DNA of 64,000 nucleotides from Lingula anatina (taxonomy: Eukaryota; Animalia; Brachiopoda): contig CM120640.1 of NCBI GenBank assembly GCA_051362555.1, positions 22,283,351 through 22,347,350 on the forward strand, read 5' to 3'. The notes under the pieces are model-generated. The model made no database searches. It was not told the DNA's origin and saw only the letters and a program-made list of their open reading frames with translations. Position numbers and translations under genes: made by a program. Position 1 is the first letter of the stretch. Every line of letters starts with the position of its first letter. This document shows, piece by piece, positions 15,001 through 26,600 of the stretch.

Positions 15001-17023
15001 TCATAAAAAATGTGGAAACACGCCCGGATCACTTCATTAAAGCCCCCAATTCCAGCTTTAAAGATAGCCAAAAACACAGCTGAAAACAGGATCTGGAGGG
15101 GGGGTGGGGGGTGGCCAGAGTTTTTGCTCTTTTTCTTCCTTAATATTGACACAACCACTCTTCCAGTACTTTAAACTTACTACAAATGACCCAACACACC
15201 TACCGGTCACTAAAATGAAGAAAAAAAAATTTCTTCCCTTTTTGGCCAAAATTGAAGAAATCTGCTGTACGCGGACCTGATGAAAATCACTCAAAATCAC
15301 CCAAAAACGACCCGTCACCAATTTTTCCGAAATGTGATGAAAATCAATCTACCACACCTGTCATTCATAAAAAATGTGGAAACACGCCCGGATCACTTCA
15401 TTAAAGCCCCCAATTCCAGCTTTAAAGATAGCCAAAAACACAGCTGAAAACAGGATCTGGAGGGGGGGTGGGGGGTGGCCAGAGTTTTTGCTCTTTTTCT
15501 TCCTTAATATTGACACAACCACTCTTCCAGTACTTTAAACTTACTACAAATGACCCAACACACCTACCGGTCACTAAAATGAAGAAAAAAAATTTCTTCC
15601 CTTTTTGGCCAAAATTGAAGAAATCTGCTGTACGCGGACCTGATGAAAATCACTCAAAATCACCCAAAAACGACCCGTCACCAATTTTTCCGAAATGTGA
15701 TGAAAATCAATCTACCACACCTGTCATTCATAAAAAATGTGGAAACACGCCCGGATCACTTCATTAAAGCCCCCAATTCCAGCTTTAAAGATAGCCAAAA
15801 ACACAGCTGAAAACAGGATCTGGAGGGGGGGTGGGGGGTGGCCAGAGTTTTTGCTCTTTTTCTTCCTTAATATTGACACAACCACTCTTCCAGTACTTTA
15901 AACTTACTACAAATGACCCAACACACCTACCGGTCACTAAAATGAAGAAAAAAAAATTTCTTCCCTTTTTGGCCAAAATTGAAGAAATCTGCTGTACGCG
16001 GACCTGATGAAAATCACTCAAAATCACCCAAAAACGACCCGTCACCAATTTTTCCGAAATGTGATGAAAATCAATCTACCACACCTGTCATTCATAAAAA
16101 ATGTGGAAACACGCCCGGATCACTTCATTAAAGCCCCCAATTCCAGCTTTAAAGATAGCCAAAAACACAGCTGAAAACAGGATCTGGAGGGGGGGTGGGG
16201 GGTGGCCAGAGTTTTTGCTCTTTTTCTTCCTTAATATTGACACAACCACTCTTCCAGTACTTTAAACTTACTACAAATGACCCAACACACCTACCGGTCA
16301 CTAAAATGAAGAAAAAAAATTTCTTCCCTTTTTGGCCAAAATTGAAGAAATCTGCTGTACGCGGACCTGATGAAAATCACTCAAAATCACCCAAAAACGA
16401 CCCGTCACCAATTTTTCCGAAATGTGATGAAAATCAATCTACCACACCTGTCATTCATAAAAAATGTGGAAACACGCCCGGATCACTTCATTAAAGCCCC
16501 CAATTCCAGCTTTAAAGATAGCCAAAAACACAGCTGAAAACAGGATCTGGAGGGGGGGTGGGGGGTGGCCAGAGTTTTTGCTCTTTTTCTTCCTTAATAT
16601 TGACACAACCACTCTTCCAGTACTTTAAACTTACTACAAATGACCCAACACACCTACCGGTCACTAAAATGAAGAAAAAAAAATTTCTTCCCTTTTTGGC
16701 CAAAATTGAAGAAATCTGCTGTACGCGGACCTGATGAAAATCACTCAAAATCACCCAAAAACGACCCGTCACCAATTTTTCCGAAATGTGATGAAAATCA
16801 ATCTACCACACCTGTCATTCATAAAAAATGTGGAAACACGCCCGGATCACTTCATTAAAGCCCCCAATTCCAGCTTTAAAGATAGCCAAAAACACAGCTG
16901 AAAACAGGATCTGGAGGGGGGGTGGGGGGTGGCCAGAGTTTTTGCTCTTTTTCTTCCTTAATATTGACACAACCACTCTTCCAGTACTTTAAACTTACTA
17001 CAAATGACCCAACACACCTACCG
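1..17023. repeat. Satellite tandem array, 363/364-bp monomer, ~47 copies, truncated by window start
   Basis: The same unit (CTGTACGCGGACCTGATGAAAATCAC...GGAGGGGGGGTGGGGGGTGGCCAGAG...TTGAAGAAATCTG) recurs every 363-364 bp. After the first, indel-rich copy the differences I saw are homopolymer lengths only. The last copy stops at ...ACACACCTACCG. Confidence 0.99.
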
Positions 17024-17047
17024 CAAAAAAAAAAAAAAAATTTTCTT

Positions 17048-17089
17048 GGCCAATCACGGACTGTTATAGGCCAATCACGGACTGTTATA
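17048..17089 (+). repeat. 21-bp perfect tandem duplication containing CCAAT
   Basis: GGCCAATCACGGACTGTTATA occurs twice, immediately after the satellite junction. Confidence 0.95.
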
Positions 17090-17768
17090 GACGAATGAAG
17101 TTCTGTGAGAGAAATTAGTGATTTTTCCAGTTTTTTTCCCTGATATTTTTTAGTGTTGCTAGGTTTAATTTTGATGTCAAGGAGCAGGTTGGGCCGTCAA
17201 TTGCTGCCAATTTCTTTTGCAGGACCAGGCTAGTGTGCCGTGTGGGACCAATGGCGGAGGGATCGAGCTTCTGACTTTGAGCAGTGCAGTGGTTTGTTTA
17301 CAAACAAGGGGTGTGCACGTGTTCAATACTGCATGACGATATGAAAAGTACCGGTAACTCTTTGCAGTATAATTTTGTGTGATTGGCAGTTATGTCAGTG
17401 AGTCTGCTGTCTACAGGATTACGAAATATTTCACCAAATTATTTTGTTCATGCAGTTTTGTTGGCATTTCTAAGACTATGTGCGGCCGTCAGGCGTCAAT
17501 GGGAATTGAAATTATTCGTCGGTTTCCATTGTTCTCGTAATGTGTGCATGTAAACGTATTACAAAATAAACTGATATTGTCGAAGCCATTTGCCCGTAGC
17601 TCCTTATGTAGGCCTCACATTTCAGAATAAATCACATTAATGTTACAGTGCTAATATTAACATTTAAAACACATTCTTAGTGCAACAGTTACTTCTTGTT
17701 GAATTAATCTAAGGACAATTACAACGTTTAAAACATAACATGACAGATAAATGGCCTTAATCAATATC

Positions 17769-17810
<42 letters not shown>
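17769..17810. repeat. (AAT)n microsatellite
   Basis: About 14 AAT units. Confidence 0.95.
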
Positions 17811-18870
17811 CACCGTCTGCAGCTGCCACGCCCCGTTTGTAAGCCATCTTGACACAGTTTGAAATAACGCGGGTTCTCGAGTCAGATTCGATATGTAAAC
17901 AAACACAATTAATTCATGAGTGAAGAGAGACCACGCATGTTTAGAGAACCTTAACAGGTAAGCAAGTTATATTCACTATGAGCAGTTTTCAAATACATGT
18001 AGGAAGGTACCGTGCACGTGGCGGGGAAACCAAAATGCCTGGTAGTGGAAGGTAAGTAGCGTAAGTAAGCGCTAACGTTTCCTCCTGTAACGCATTTGCA
18101 ATCCCAAACCACTCGTACTGGGTACTGCTACGATACATGTAGGCTTACTATCTCACCTACTGAAATATTTAATGTTTGCTGGATACTGTAACTGAAATGC
18201 GGTTTTGTGACTCACAGTTTATTCCTAAGGAAGAAGCCGGATAATCTAGTCTTTTCATGAAACACACAAAGATGTCATGATTGTGATTTTGGGCTAAAAT
18301 TTTTTTAAAAAAATTGGTATCTGAATGTTCACAAAACATGACAATATTTTTTGCTAATTAAAAGTTACGTGAATAAGGAGCATTTTAATCTTTAATGGTG
18401 TTTCTAGTTTAAACTGGTTCTCACAGAAGTTCTCACTGATGCCAATGTTGCACACTTAGGCAAGTACATGCCATTTACGTCTTACTATTATAATTAGAAA
18501 GCAAATTCATTATTTGAAATGTGACTACATGTACATGTCATGTATGTGATTATAAAGTCACACATTTTTGTTATTCTAGTGTATTCATCTAATTTTATGC
18601 AAACTCAATATTCCAGGAAAAAATTGACCTGGGATAAAACATGTATGGCTTATTTGGCATGGGGCCAAAAATCTTGGAAAGAAGAATCTGATATCACTGT
18701 GAGTAGATATGCATGGGAACAACACAAACTGTTGCACCATTTTCTATATTTTCAGGTAGAGAAAATAAGTGAGCTTTTTTTCCATCGCAGATGTTTTCTT
18801 TTTTTAATAGAGTTATAAACTAAGAATTCAAAAGCTCTTTTTTTGCAATTTTATATTTTATGCTGGACAG

Positions 18871-20690
18871 ACAAAGAGTACAAGAGATCTGATGCATGGA
18901 TCAAAGACATATAAATTATACTCTCACTATTGGGAATGCGAGCAAGACTACGGAAATGTTTTGGTGAGATATTGCTGCAGTGTTGTGTTTATTTATTTAT
19001 TTGACAAAAATCTCACAGTGTAATACCACAGTCTAAATTTAAGTATACACTTTAAATTATAAATTATGTATGTATATTATAATATACTTATCAGGTAACA
19101 AAAATTATATGGACTTAGTCCCCATTCCCATACCTAGATCAATCTAGCATGATCGACCCATCTCCGAGTGGATTCTGACTAAGTTGCGTTCAGGATAAAG
19201 CAGCTTAGATGTCTGACATGCCTACTGAAGCAGCTAAACGATTGTAAATTACTTCCTAACAGCTTCAGTAGGGGTGCCAGACATCAGCACCACTTAGGCA
19301 GAGATAGGTTGATCCTGCTAGATTGATCTAGGTATGGGAATGGGATCTAACACTGATCAGATATCAGTCTTTATTCAATCAAGGCAAAGTCTATAAAGAA
19401 AATTCATTTTCACTTCCAGCCAAAATGGAGGGGTGTTCTACCATCACATTCAAAATGAACATGAATTGTTTTTAGAGATGGTCTGGGGGAAGCACATTGT
19501 CAGCATGAGCCTATCCCACCAGAGGCTGAGAGGAACAAACCATGGCTAGAACCTGGGTCACATGCAGTTCCGGCACTGGTAGAAACTGTTCTAAACAAGA
19601 GGTTTCAAAACAACTTATCTCAGGTTATTAACACAGTAATATACTTGTAGCAACATTAGCATATTATAGAGGATACGAGTGGAGTTTTTGTCTCATCACA
19701 AAGAACCTCTCCAGACCCAAATCTTGTTTAAGAAAATGTTTAAGGACTAGCTGCTGTTAACAAGATGACAAGATGGGAAGCTCTTTTTGTGTTTTCTTAG
19801 CTGTGTGCTGTTTTGTCTTATATGTAGACTCTGTTAGTACTGTGATGGATACTGTATGTATATATTCAGGTACAATGTATGTTCTAATTTATGCAAAGAA
19901 TCGTTGTTAAACAACTCTGGTAGAAAAATTGTAGAGCCTGGATTTATAAAAATCACTATATAAAGTTAAATCTATACAAATGTAGTAAGAGGCATTTTCA
20001 GTTTTTTTTTTTGCAGACACAGAATCTGTTGAAAATATCAATTCACATGTTTTGATGTATTTTTTCAAAACAGAACTCATTTAAACCACCTGCCTACAGA
20101 GCTAGAAGCTATCTGGTTGTGATACACTGCCAAGTGGATGGTACATTCAGCTAGTGTTAATTCTGAAAGGGATTTCAGATCATGATTGATTTCTTTATGA
20201 TGCAGATAAATAAAAAATGCACAGTATTCATTGCAATTTGATACAGTCTGATGTATTGAGAAATGGCTGTTCACTTCTTTTTTGAAATACTGTCAACTGC
20301 TACGTACTAAAATGTTTTAAATGAGATGTTCCCATGTTTCTTGAAAATATAAAAGCATAATCTAAGAGCAAAGGAAGTATTAAAACAAATGTTTTCATTC
20401 TGAAGTTCAAGTTACAATTAGCTAGATGATTATTATAATTATTTGATCCTCACATTGTAGGTATGGAAATTGGTTTAGCAAGCACATAAGGACATGGGTG
20501 GTCTATCCTGTAGTAAAAAAGATATAAAGATATCATTACATTCTCACATAACAGTCTCATGCAATGACATTGAGGCTGACATTTGGCTCATGGCAGCACG
20601 GATGCAACTTGAGCCATGGGACCCAAGGAACCTCAGTCCAAATCCTGTTTAGTGATTATTATGCATGATTGGCAATGCCCAATACAAGAA
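18871..20690 (+). pseudogene. Decayed spliced DNA-transposon transposase, Kolobok-like
   Basis: Four AG-preceded segments (18871-18963, 19420-~19623, 20017-~20150, 20461-~20690) translate through frameshifts and stops to WIKDI, KWRGVL/HHIQNEHE, CQHEPIPPEAERNKPWLEPGSHAVPALVETVLNKRF, TESVENINSHVLMY/PPAYRAR, WFSKHIRTWVVYPV and LEPWDPRNLSP. This matches the motif order I recall for Kolobok-type transposases (recognition from memory, not a search). A possible right terminus is ...GGTATCCCT|TTAA at 21182. Confidence 0.65.
19116..19349. mobile_element. MITE / fold-back non-autonomous DNA transposon
   Basis: CCCATTCCCATACCTAGATCAATCTAGCA (from 19121) is the exact reverse complement of TGCTAGATTGATCTAGGTATGGGAATGGG (to 19344). 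The ends read TAG...CTA. It lies in an intron of the transposase relic. Confidence 0.85.
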
Positions 20691-20740
20691 GACATAACAA
20701 ATAAGTTAAACTGTTTTGTAGTTTTGGTTGGTCATGTATG

Positions 20741-21003
20741 TAAGACCCCATTCCTATAGACACACCATCAGTCCATGTGGTTCAACCCAGCTCTGTGAGG
20801 ACTCTCGCTAAGTGCAATCAGCTGAACAGATTGATTTGCCTCCTCTTGTTTCCAACATACCAGTACTCATAATAGTCACTAGCTTTCTGTATTCTTAACA
20901 CCAGAAAATGTACTAATCTTTTAAGCTGATTGCACTTAGCAAAAATCCCAGCAGAGTTGGGTATATCAAGGTAGACCTTTGTTTTTATGTGAATTGGGCC
21001 TTA
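20741..21003. mobile_element. Degenerate MITE with long imperfect inverted repeats
   Basis: Outer IR TAAGACCCCATTC / GAATTGGGCCTTA. Inner IR GCTAAGTGCAATCAGCT / AGCTGATTGCACTTAGC. Confidence 0.7.
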
Positions 21004-22694
21004 GAAAACTGGATGTATGTTGTTCAAGGTATCAGGACACACACACACCCCTCCTGTAATCAATATCATACTGAAAATAAAAATGCAACACTGAGACAAA
21101 CTTTAAATGCCTGCCTTTAATCAAAATGTATCTCAAGCTAGAGGTGGGGTAAATGGATAATGTCACCCATCCAGGTATCCCTTTAATGAACTAACTGCCA
21201 CATTTTGTTTTGCCACTACACTGTGAAGGGGTGAGGTTGTCCAGGAGAGATTGTCCTTGAATCTTTCAAATCTCAAGGTGTCAGATTCCTATTTATTTAG
21301 AAATAGAAATATTTTAGAATTCTTTTAGAGAAAAAAATTTAAAAAAAAAATTGTTTTAAATATTTTTTTAATTTATTTATTATTTATTTATTTATTTATT
21401 TATTTTAATTTTATTATTTTTTGGGGGGGGCTAGAAGTGATGTTATGTGTCATGTAAGTCATTGGAAAATCAGTTGTGGATATGCCATAATTAATATTGA
21501 ACTGTTTATGAATGTTTGGAAAATTTTGGCAAAGATTTTGACTAACAAACCCCCTCAATTTCCCATATGGCATGTTCCATGCACGTTGGAGATTGTCATG
21601 TGTTTACTCCTATACTGACACTCAGTACAAATTGTACATTTTGTAGAAATACGTAAGTGTGATTCATTTTGAAGCTTTGTATCTAGTTTCCTAATTTTCA
21701 TATTGATTAATAAAAAATGCATATTTGTAAGTTGGTGGAAATATGGGTTAATGCTTTTTTTTTTTTTTTTTTTTGACTGATGAGTCTCCAAAAGCTCTGA
21801 GAAGCAGTTTCTCATAACTTGTGCCGTTCTGAAAATAGTTCAGAGTTGAGAAAAAAAAAACATTTACAACAAGCAAAAACAGTGAAAGTTGCATGACCAA
21901 ATGTTATCACTTACTTGAAGGGACATGTTCAGAAAGGAAATATTAAAAAAAGCTGTATTGTTATTGTTTATAACCTGAGAACAAAGTATTTGTATCAACG
22001 ACATAAAAGTCACAGTATCACAAAACAAAAATGTATATTTATTTGTATTGCATTTCTTGCACTGCTTTAACAAGAGTGCAGAAAAAGTTAGTGCTTCTAA
22101 TAAAAACTCATATTTGCTAATTGCTGTTGTTAATTATCTCATTTTCAGTCTTATGTGTGGCTGTCCAATCACAACAGGCTTGAAATAAAATGTTATTTAC
22201 AGCCACAGCTTTTAGGGGAAACATTCGCTAGCAATACATGTAAACGTGTTGACAGTATTTTGCCCATTCTATTCTGACTGCTTCACTTGCTGGTTATGTG
22301 AAAAGAAAATGGCTATAGAATTCAGATTAATAAAATATCTGTCTTTCTAGCTGCAAAAGCTGAGAAAGGGGCCTATCTCCAGTCTTCAAGATATAACATG
22401 CAGAAAATGGAGGGGAGAACAATCTGCACAGCATCAGTTTATTTCACAGTGCGTACCTTCACACCCGCCCCCACCCTTTCTCTAGGGTATTTTTTCCTTC
22501 TCTCTGTAATATTTACGATCTTTTGTGAATACGACCGGTGTTAAAAAAAGGTAAGTTTATTAGTATCTCTAAAATCTGTAATTGATGACTTCAATAACTT
22601 CCCTTAATCATGGTTAAATAGTATTCTTTGACCACGGCGCCGCAGAAGCTTAGAGCAGGCCAGTTTGGATATACATAGGCCTACTCGTATATAT

Positions 22695-22709
22695 CAGGCC
22701 CGTAGCCAT

Positions 22710-22740
<31 letters not shown>

Positions 22741-22875
22741 CGAAAGAACCCCCCTTTTTGCCGAAAAAGGTCCCCTCTGAGTAAAATTTTATCTATGTAC
22801 ACGAAACTTTCTTGGTAAAAGGTCCACTTTTTCAAAGGAAGAACCCCCCATTTCAAACTGCTGGCTACGGGCCTG
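22695..22875. mobile_element. hAT-like MITE with internal poly-G
   Basis: Perfect 14-bp TIRs CAGGCCCGTAGCCA / TGGCTACGGGCCTG, with a ~30-nt G run at 22710-22739. The flanks GTATATAT and (G)TACATAT resemble an imperfect TSD. Confidence 0.85.
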
Positions 22876-23603
22876 TACATATATCTGCAATCGATAGTCC
22901 GGGGGCGTACAAATACATGTAAATTTCATCCCACGCAGCGATTTGTTATATCTATCTTCATTGTTATTTTTAATTTTTGACTTAATATAAACTGTTGAGA
23001 AATATGATGTATGGTGACAAATAGGTCTATGCGGCCGAGGGTTAGGCCTATAGCCTTATAGTAAAATAATATTCTATGGATATATATATTCTATAGATTC
23101 GCCGTTCTTTGGGACCGATTTCCACAGCAACTCCTCAATCAAAATGTGCCATTCACTGTACCAGTTGTGATTTGCATAACAATAAGTCACGCATCACATT
23201 GCGACCTATGCTCCTGGCTGGTCACTTGACAGCTAGACCCTCTAAGAAGACGACCTGCATTGATAGATGTGGTAAAGTCATTGTGCCGAACAATTTTTTT
23301 CAGCGTTGAAGTTTGGACCCACTGTGTGGGCTTACATTTTTTGGTGAAGCCACAGTTGAGGCAAATATGTTTTGTGAGTAGAATATCGCCTACTAGCCTT
23401 TACAAGTGGAAAGAAGTTATTTGATAATGTGGTAGACGTACAGTGCATACGTAAATGTACGGCTTGCCGAAGTTTTCGCCCTTTCATGTTGCAATGTAGG
23501 TTACCGTACAGTAGCTGCACTCAGTCAAGAAACCTTCACACTGATTGACTCGGTTTATGCCACTTATTAGGTAGTGTAATTAGACAGAAACGTACGTTAC
23601 AAA

Positions 23604-26600
23604 CACTACTCGATGTGCTGAGCCCCCAGAGTCATTGTCGACTTATATGACTGACAGTGGTCAAATCCACCTGGAAACTACTGCCATGAAGATGGGCGTT
23701 TTGCACACAAAGACTAAAACCAGAATTGGCTTTTGGAATGTGAGAACCATGTATGAAGCTGGAAAACTAGCAGAAATTATAACAGAGATGGAGCGCTACA
23801 AGCTACACATATTGGGCATAAGTGAATGTAGATGGACTGGCTCTGGCAGACAAAAAGCAGCAACAGGAGAGACGGTAATATTTTCAGGACGAGAAGACGG
23901 ACAACACCACGAAGGTGTTGCCATTATCCTACGAAAAGAAGTGACCCACTCCATGCTAGAATGGGAGCCTGTTAACAGCAGAATTATAAGGGTACGATTG
24001 AAAGGGAACCAAGTCAACCTGACAGTGATCCAGTGCTATGCACCCACAAACGACAGAGAAGACGATGTAAAAGATAATTTCTATCTCAGTTTACAAGCCA
24101 CAATAGAGAAAGTACCTCAACATGACATGATCATTGTGATGGGTGATATAAATGCTAAAGTGGGGAGCAAACAATTCGAAGATGACAGAGTTCGGGGAAA
24201 ACATGGATGTGGTGAAATTAATGCAAATGGTGAACGTTTAGTTGATTTTTGCAACGTGAATGATCTAGTCATAGGGGGCACTCTCTTCCCCCACCGCTTA
24301 ATACATAAGTTGACTTGGACATCCCCCAATGGACGTGACAAGAATCAAATTGACCACCTAATGATAAATGGAAAATGGCGAAGATCTTTGTTAGATGTGC
24401 GCGTGAGAAGGGGTGCTGACGTTGGAAGTGACCATCACCTAACTGAAGCTTTTATAAGACTAAAGCTAAAAAAGTCAGGACCACAGCAGAAAGTAAGGAA
24501 ACGATTTGATGTTGAACGGCTAAAGGACACAAAAATCAAGGAACAGTTCACAGTCCACTTAAAGAACAGATTTAAAGTTCTTGAAGATCTTGAAATACAA
24601 GAGACACCACCAGGACAGGTTGACTATCTTTGGAATGAAGTAGCCTCAACATACAAACAATGTAGTGAGAAATATCTGGGATATAGAACAAGAACCAAAA
24701 AAGAATGGATGACACCAACCACATGGAGGGCAATAGAATCCAGGCATAGCACCAAAAAGAAATTACTAGATGCCAAGTCAGAAAGACTTATTGAAAGATA
24801 CCAAGAGGAATACCGAGAAGCACATAAGATAGTGAAACGTCTTGTCAGAACAGATAAACGGGAGTTTTTAGATCAACTAGCATTGAGTGCAGAAGAAGCA
24901 GCATCACGAAATGAACAAGGAACAGTTTATAAGATCACCAAAGTTATCTGTGGAAAAATGAGCACAAAGAGCAATAATTCACCAGTTGCAGATAAAAATG
25001 GGACTCTACTTACTAAGGAAGAAGATATACAAAAAAGATGGACAGAACACTTTACTGAAACTCTCAACAGACCACCACCAACAACACAAGCGAATATACC
25101 AGAAGCAGCAGAAGATTTAGATATTGACATAAACACACCTACCAAGACTGAAATTATTAAATCAATAAAGTCAATGAAGAACAGAAAGGCACCAGGAAAC
25201 GACAACTTGAATGCTGAACTATTCAAAGCATCACCAGAGATAGCAGCAGCCTTTTTGGAACCCCTGTACACTGCAATATGGAAGGAAGAAAAAATTCCAA
25301 ATAGCTGGAATAAAGGAATCATTGTCAAAATACCAAAGAAAGGGTCACTCAGGGACTGCAATAACTGGAGAGGTAAAACGCTTCTGTCCATACCAAGCAA
25401 AATACTTTGCAAAATAATAGCCAATAGAATATCAGATGCAGTAGACAAAGAGCTCAGAAAAGAACAAGCTGGTTTCAGAAAGGGTGTGGGGTGCACAGAT
25501 CAGATATTTGCTCTACGTAACATCATAGAGCAGTGCACAGAATGGCAACGACAGCTCTTTATTAACTTTATTGATTTTGAAAAAGCTTTTGACAGTATAC
25601 ATAGAGATAGTCTCTGGAAGATCCTTAGAAATTACGGAGTACCACCAAAAGTTGTTAGGATGATAAGATGCTTTTATAGTCACTTCTGCTGTTGTGTTGG
25701 TGAGACTAATATGAGTTTTAAAGTCCAAACGGGCGTGCGTCAGGGCTGTGTGCTGTCATCCATCTTGTTTAATTTAGCAATTGACTGGGTAATGAGGCGC
25801 ACCACAGAAGATACATCAAGAGGAATAAGATGGACTTTATACTCGACTCTAGAAGACCTCGATTTTGCAGACGATCTTGCATTACTGTCCCACACACATC
25901 AGCATATACAAGAGAAGACTGACATACTTAACATCTTCAGTCAGCAAATTGGGCTTAGGATAAGCAAAAAGAAGACTGAAGTGATGGCATTAAATATACA
26001 ATCACCACCACCAGTTGAAGTGGAAGGCTGCATCCTTAATAACACCAGCTGCTTTACATACCTAGGAAGCATTGTAGCCACAGATGGAGGAACCAGTAGA
26101 GATGTCAACAACAGACTAACCAAAGCCAGAAATGCCTTTAAGAGCTTAAACAAAATCTGGAAATGCTCTCAATATAGTATAAAAACCAAACTCAGAATAT
26201 TTGAGAGCTGTATACTATCAACTCTTCTCTATGGTTCGGAATGCTGGCGCATAACTGAAGAAGATATAAAAAAGTTGTCTACTTTTCACACTTCAAGCCT
26301 CAGAAAAATATTAAAAATATTTTGGCCAAGAACTATATCTAATGATGATCTGCTAAAGCAAACAAACCAGAGAAGTATAAGTGAAATCATCAGGACAAGA
26401 AGATGGAAATGGATTGGCCATGTTCTGAGGAAAGACCCAAATTCCACCACTAAAGTAGCCATGTACTGGACACCAGAGGGGCATAGAAAAAGGGGCAGAC
26501 CCAAGACCACATGGAGGAGGACAGTTGAAGCAGAATTGAAACAACTGGGTGAAAGTTGGGGGACAATTCAACACCTAGCGAGAGACAGAGAGGAGTGGAG

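Noticed and set aside
70-16775. Dozens of repeated 87-aa and 99-aa ORFs as a tandem gene family
   Set aside because: They are translations of satellite DNA. The frames open or close with homopolymer length, mostly start at non-ATG codons, and show no domain.
1-17023. CRISPR array, or tandem 5S/tRNA/snRNA/SL-RNA gene cluster
   Set aside because: There are no unique spacers and the context is eukaryotic. I recognise no structural RNA or Pol III A/B box in the unit, though a cmscan run would be needed to exclude it fully.
17251-17522. ATGGCGG start and Cys-containing fragment (SCSFVGISKTMCG) as a gene
   Set aside because: There is a stop after 7 codons and the fragment is too short to assign. 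At most it is a TE remnant.
23796-26574. Minus-strand ORFs inside the RTE element
   Set aside because: They are antisense shadows of the long coding frame.
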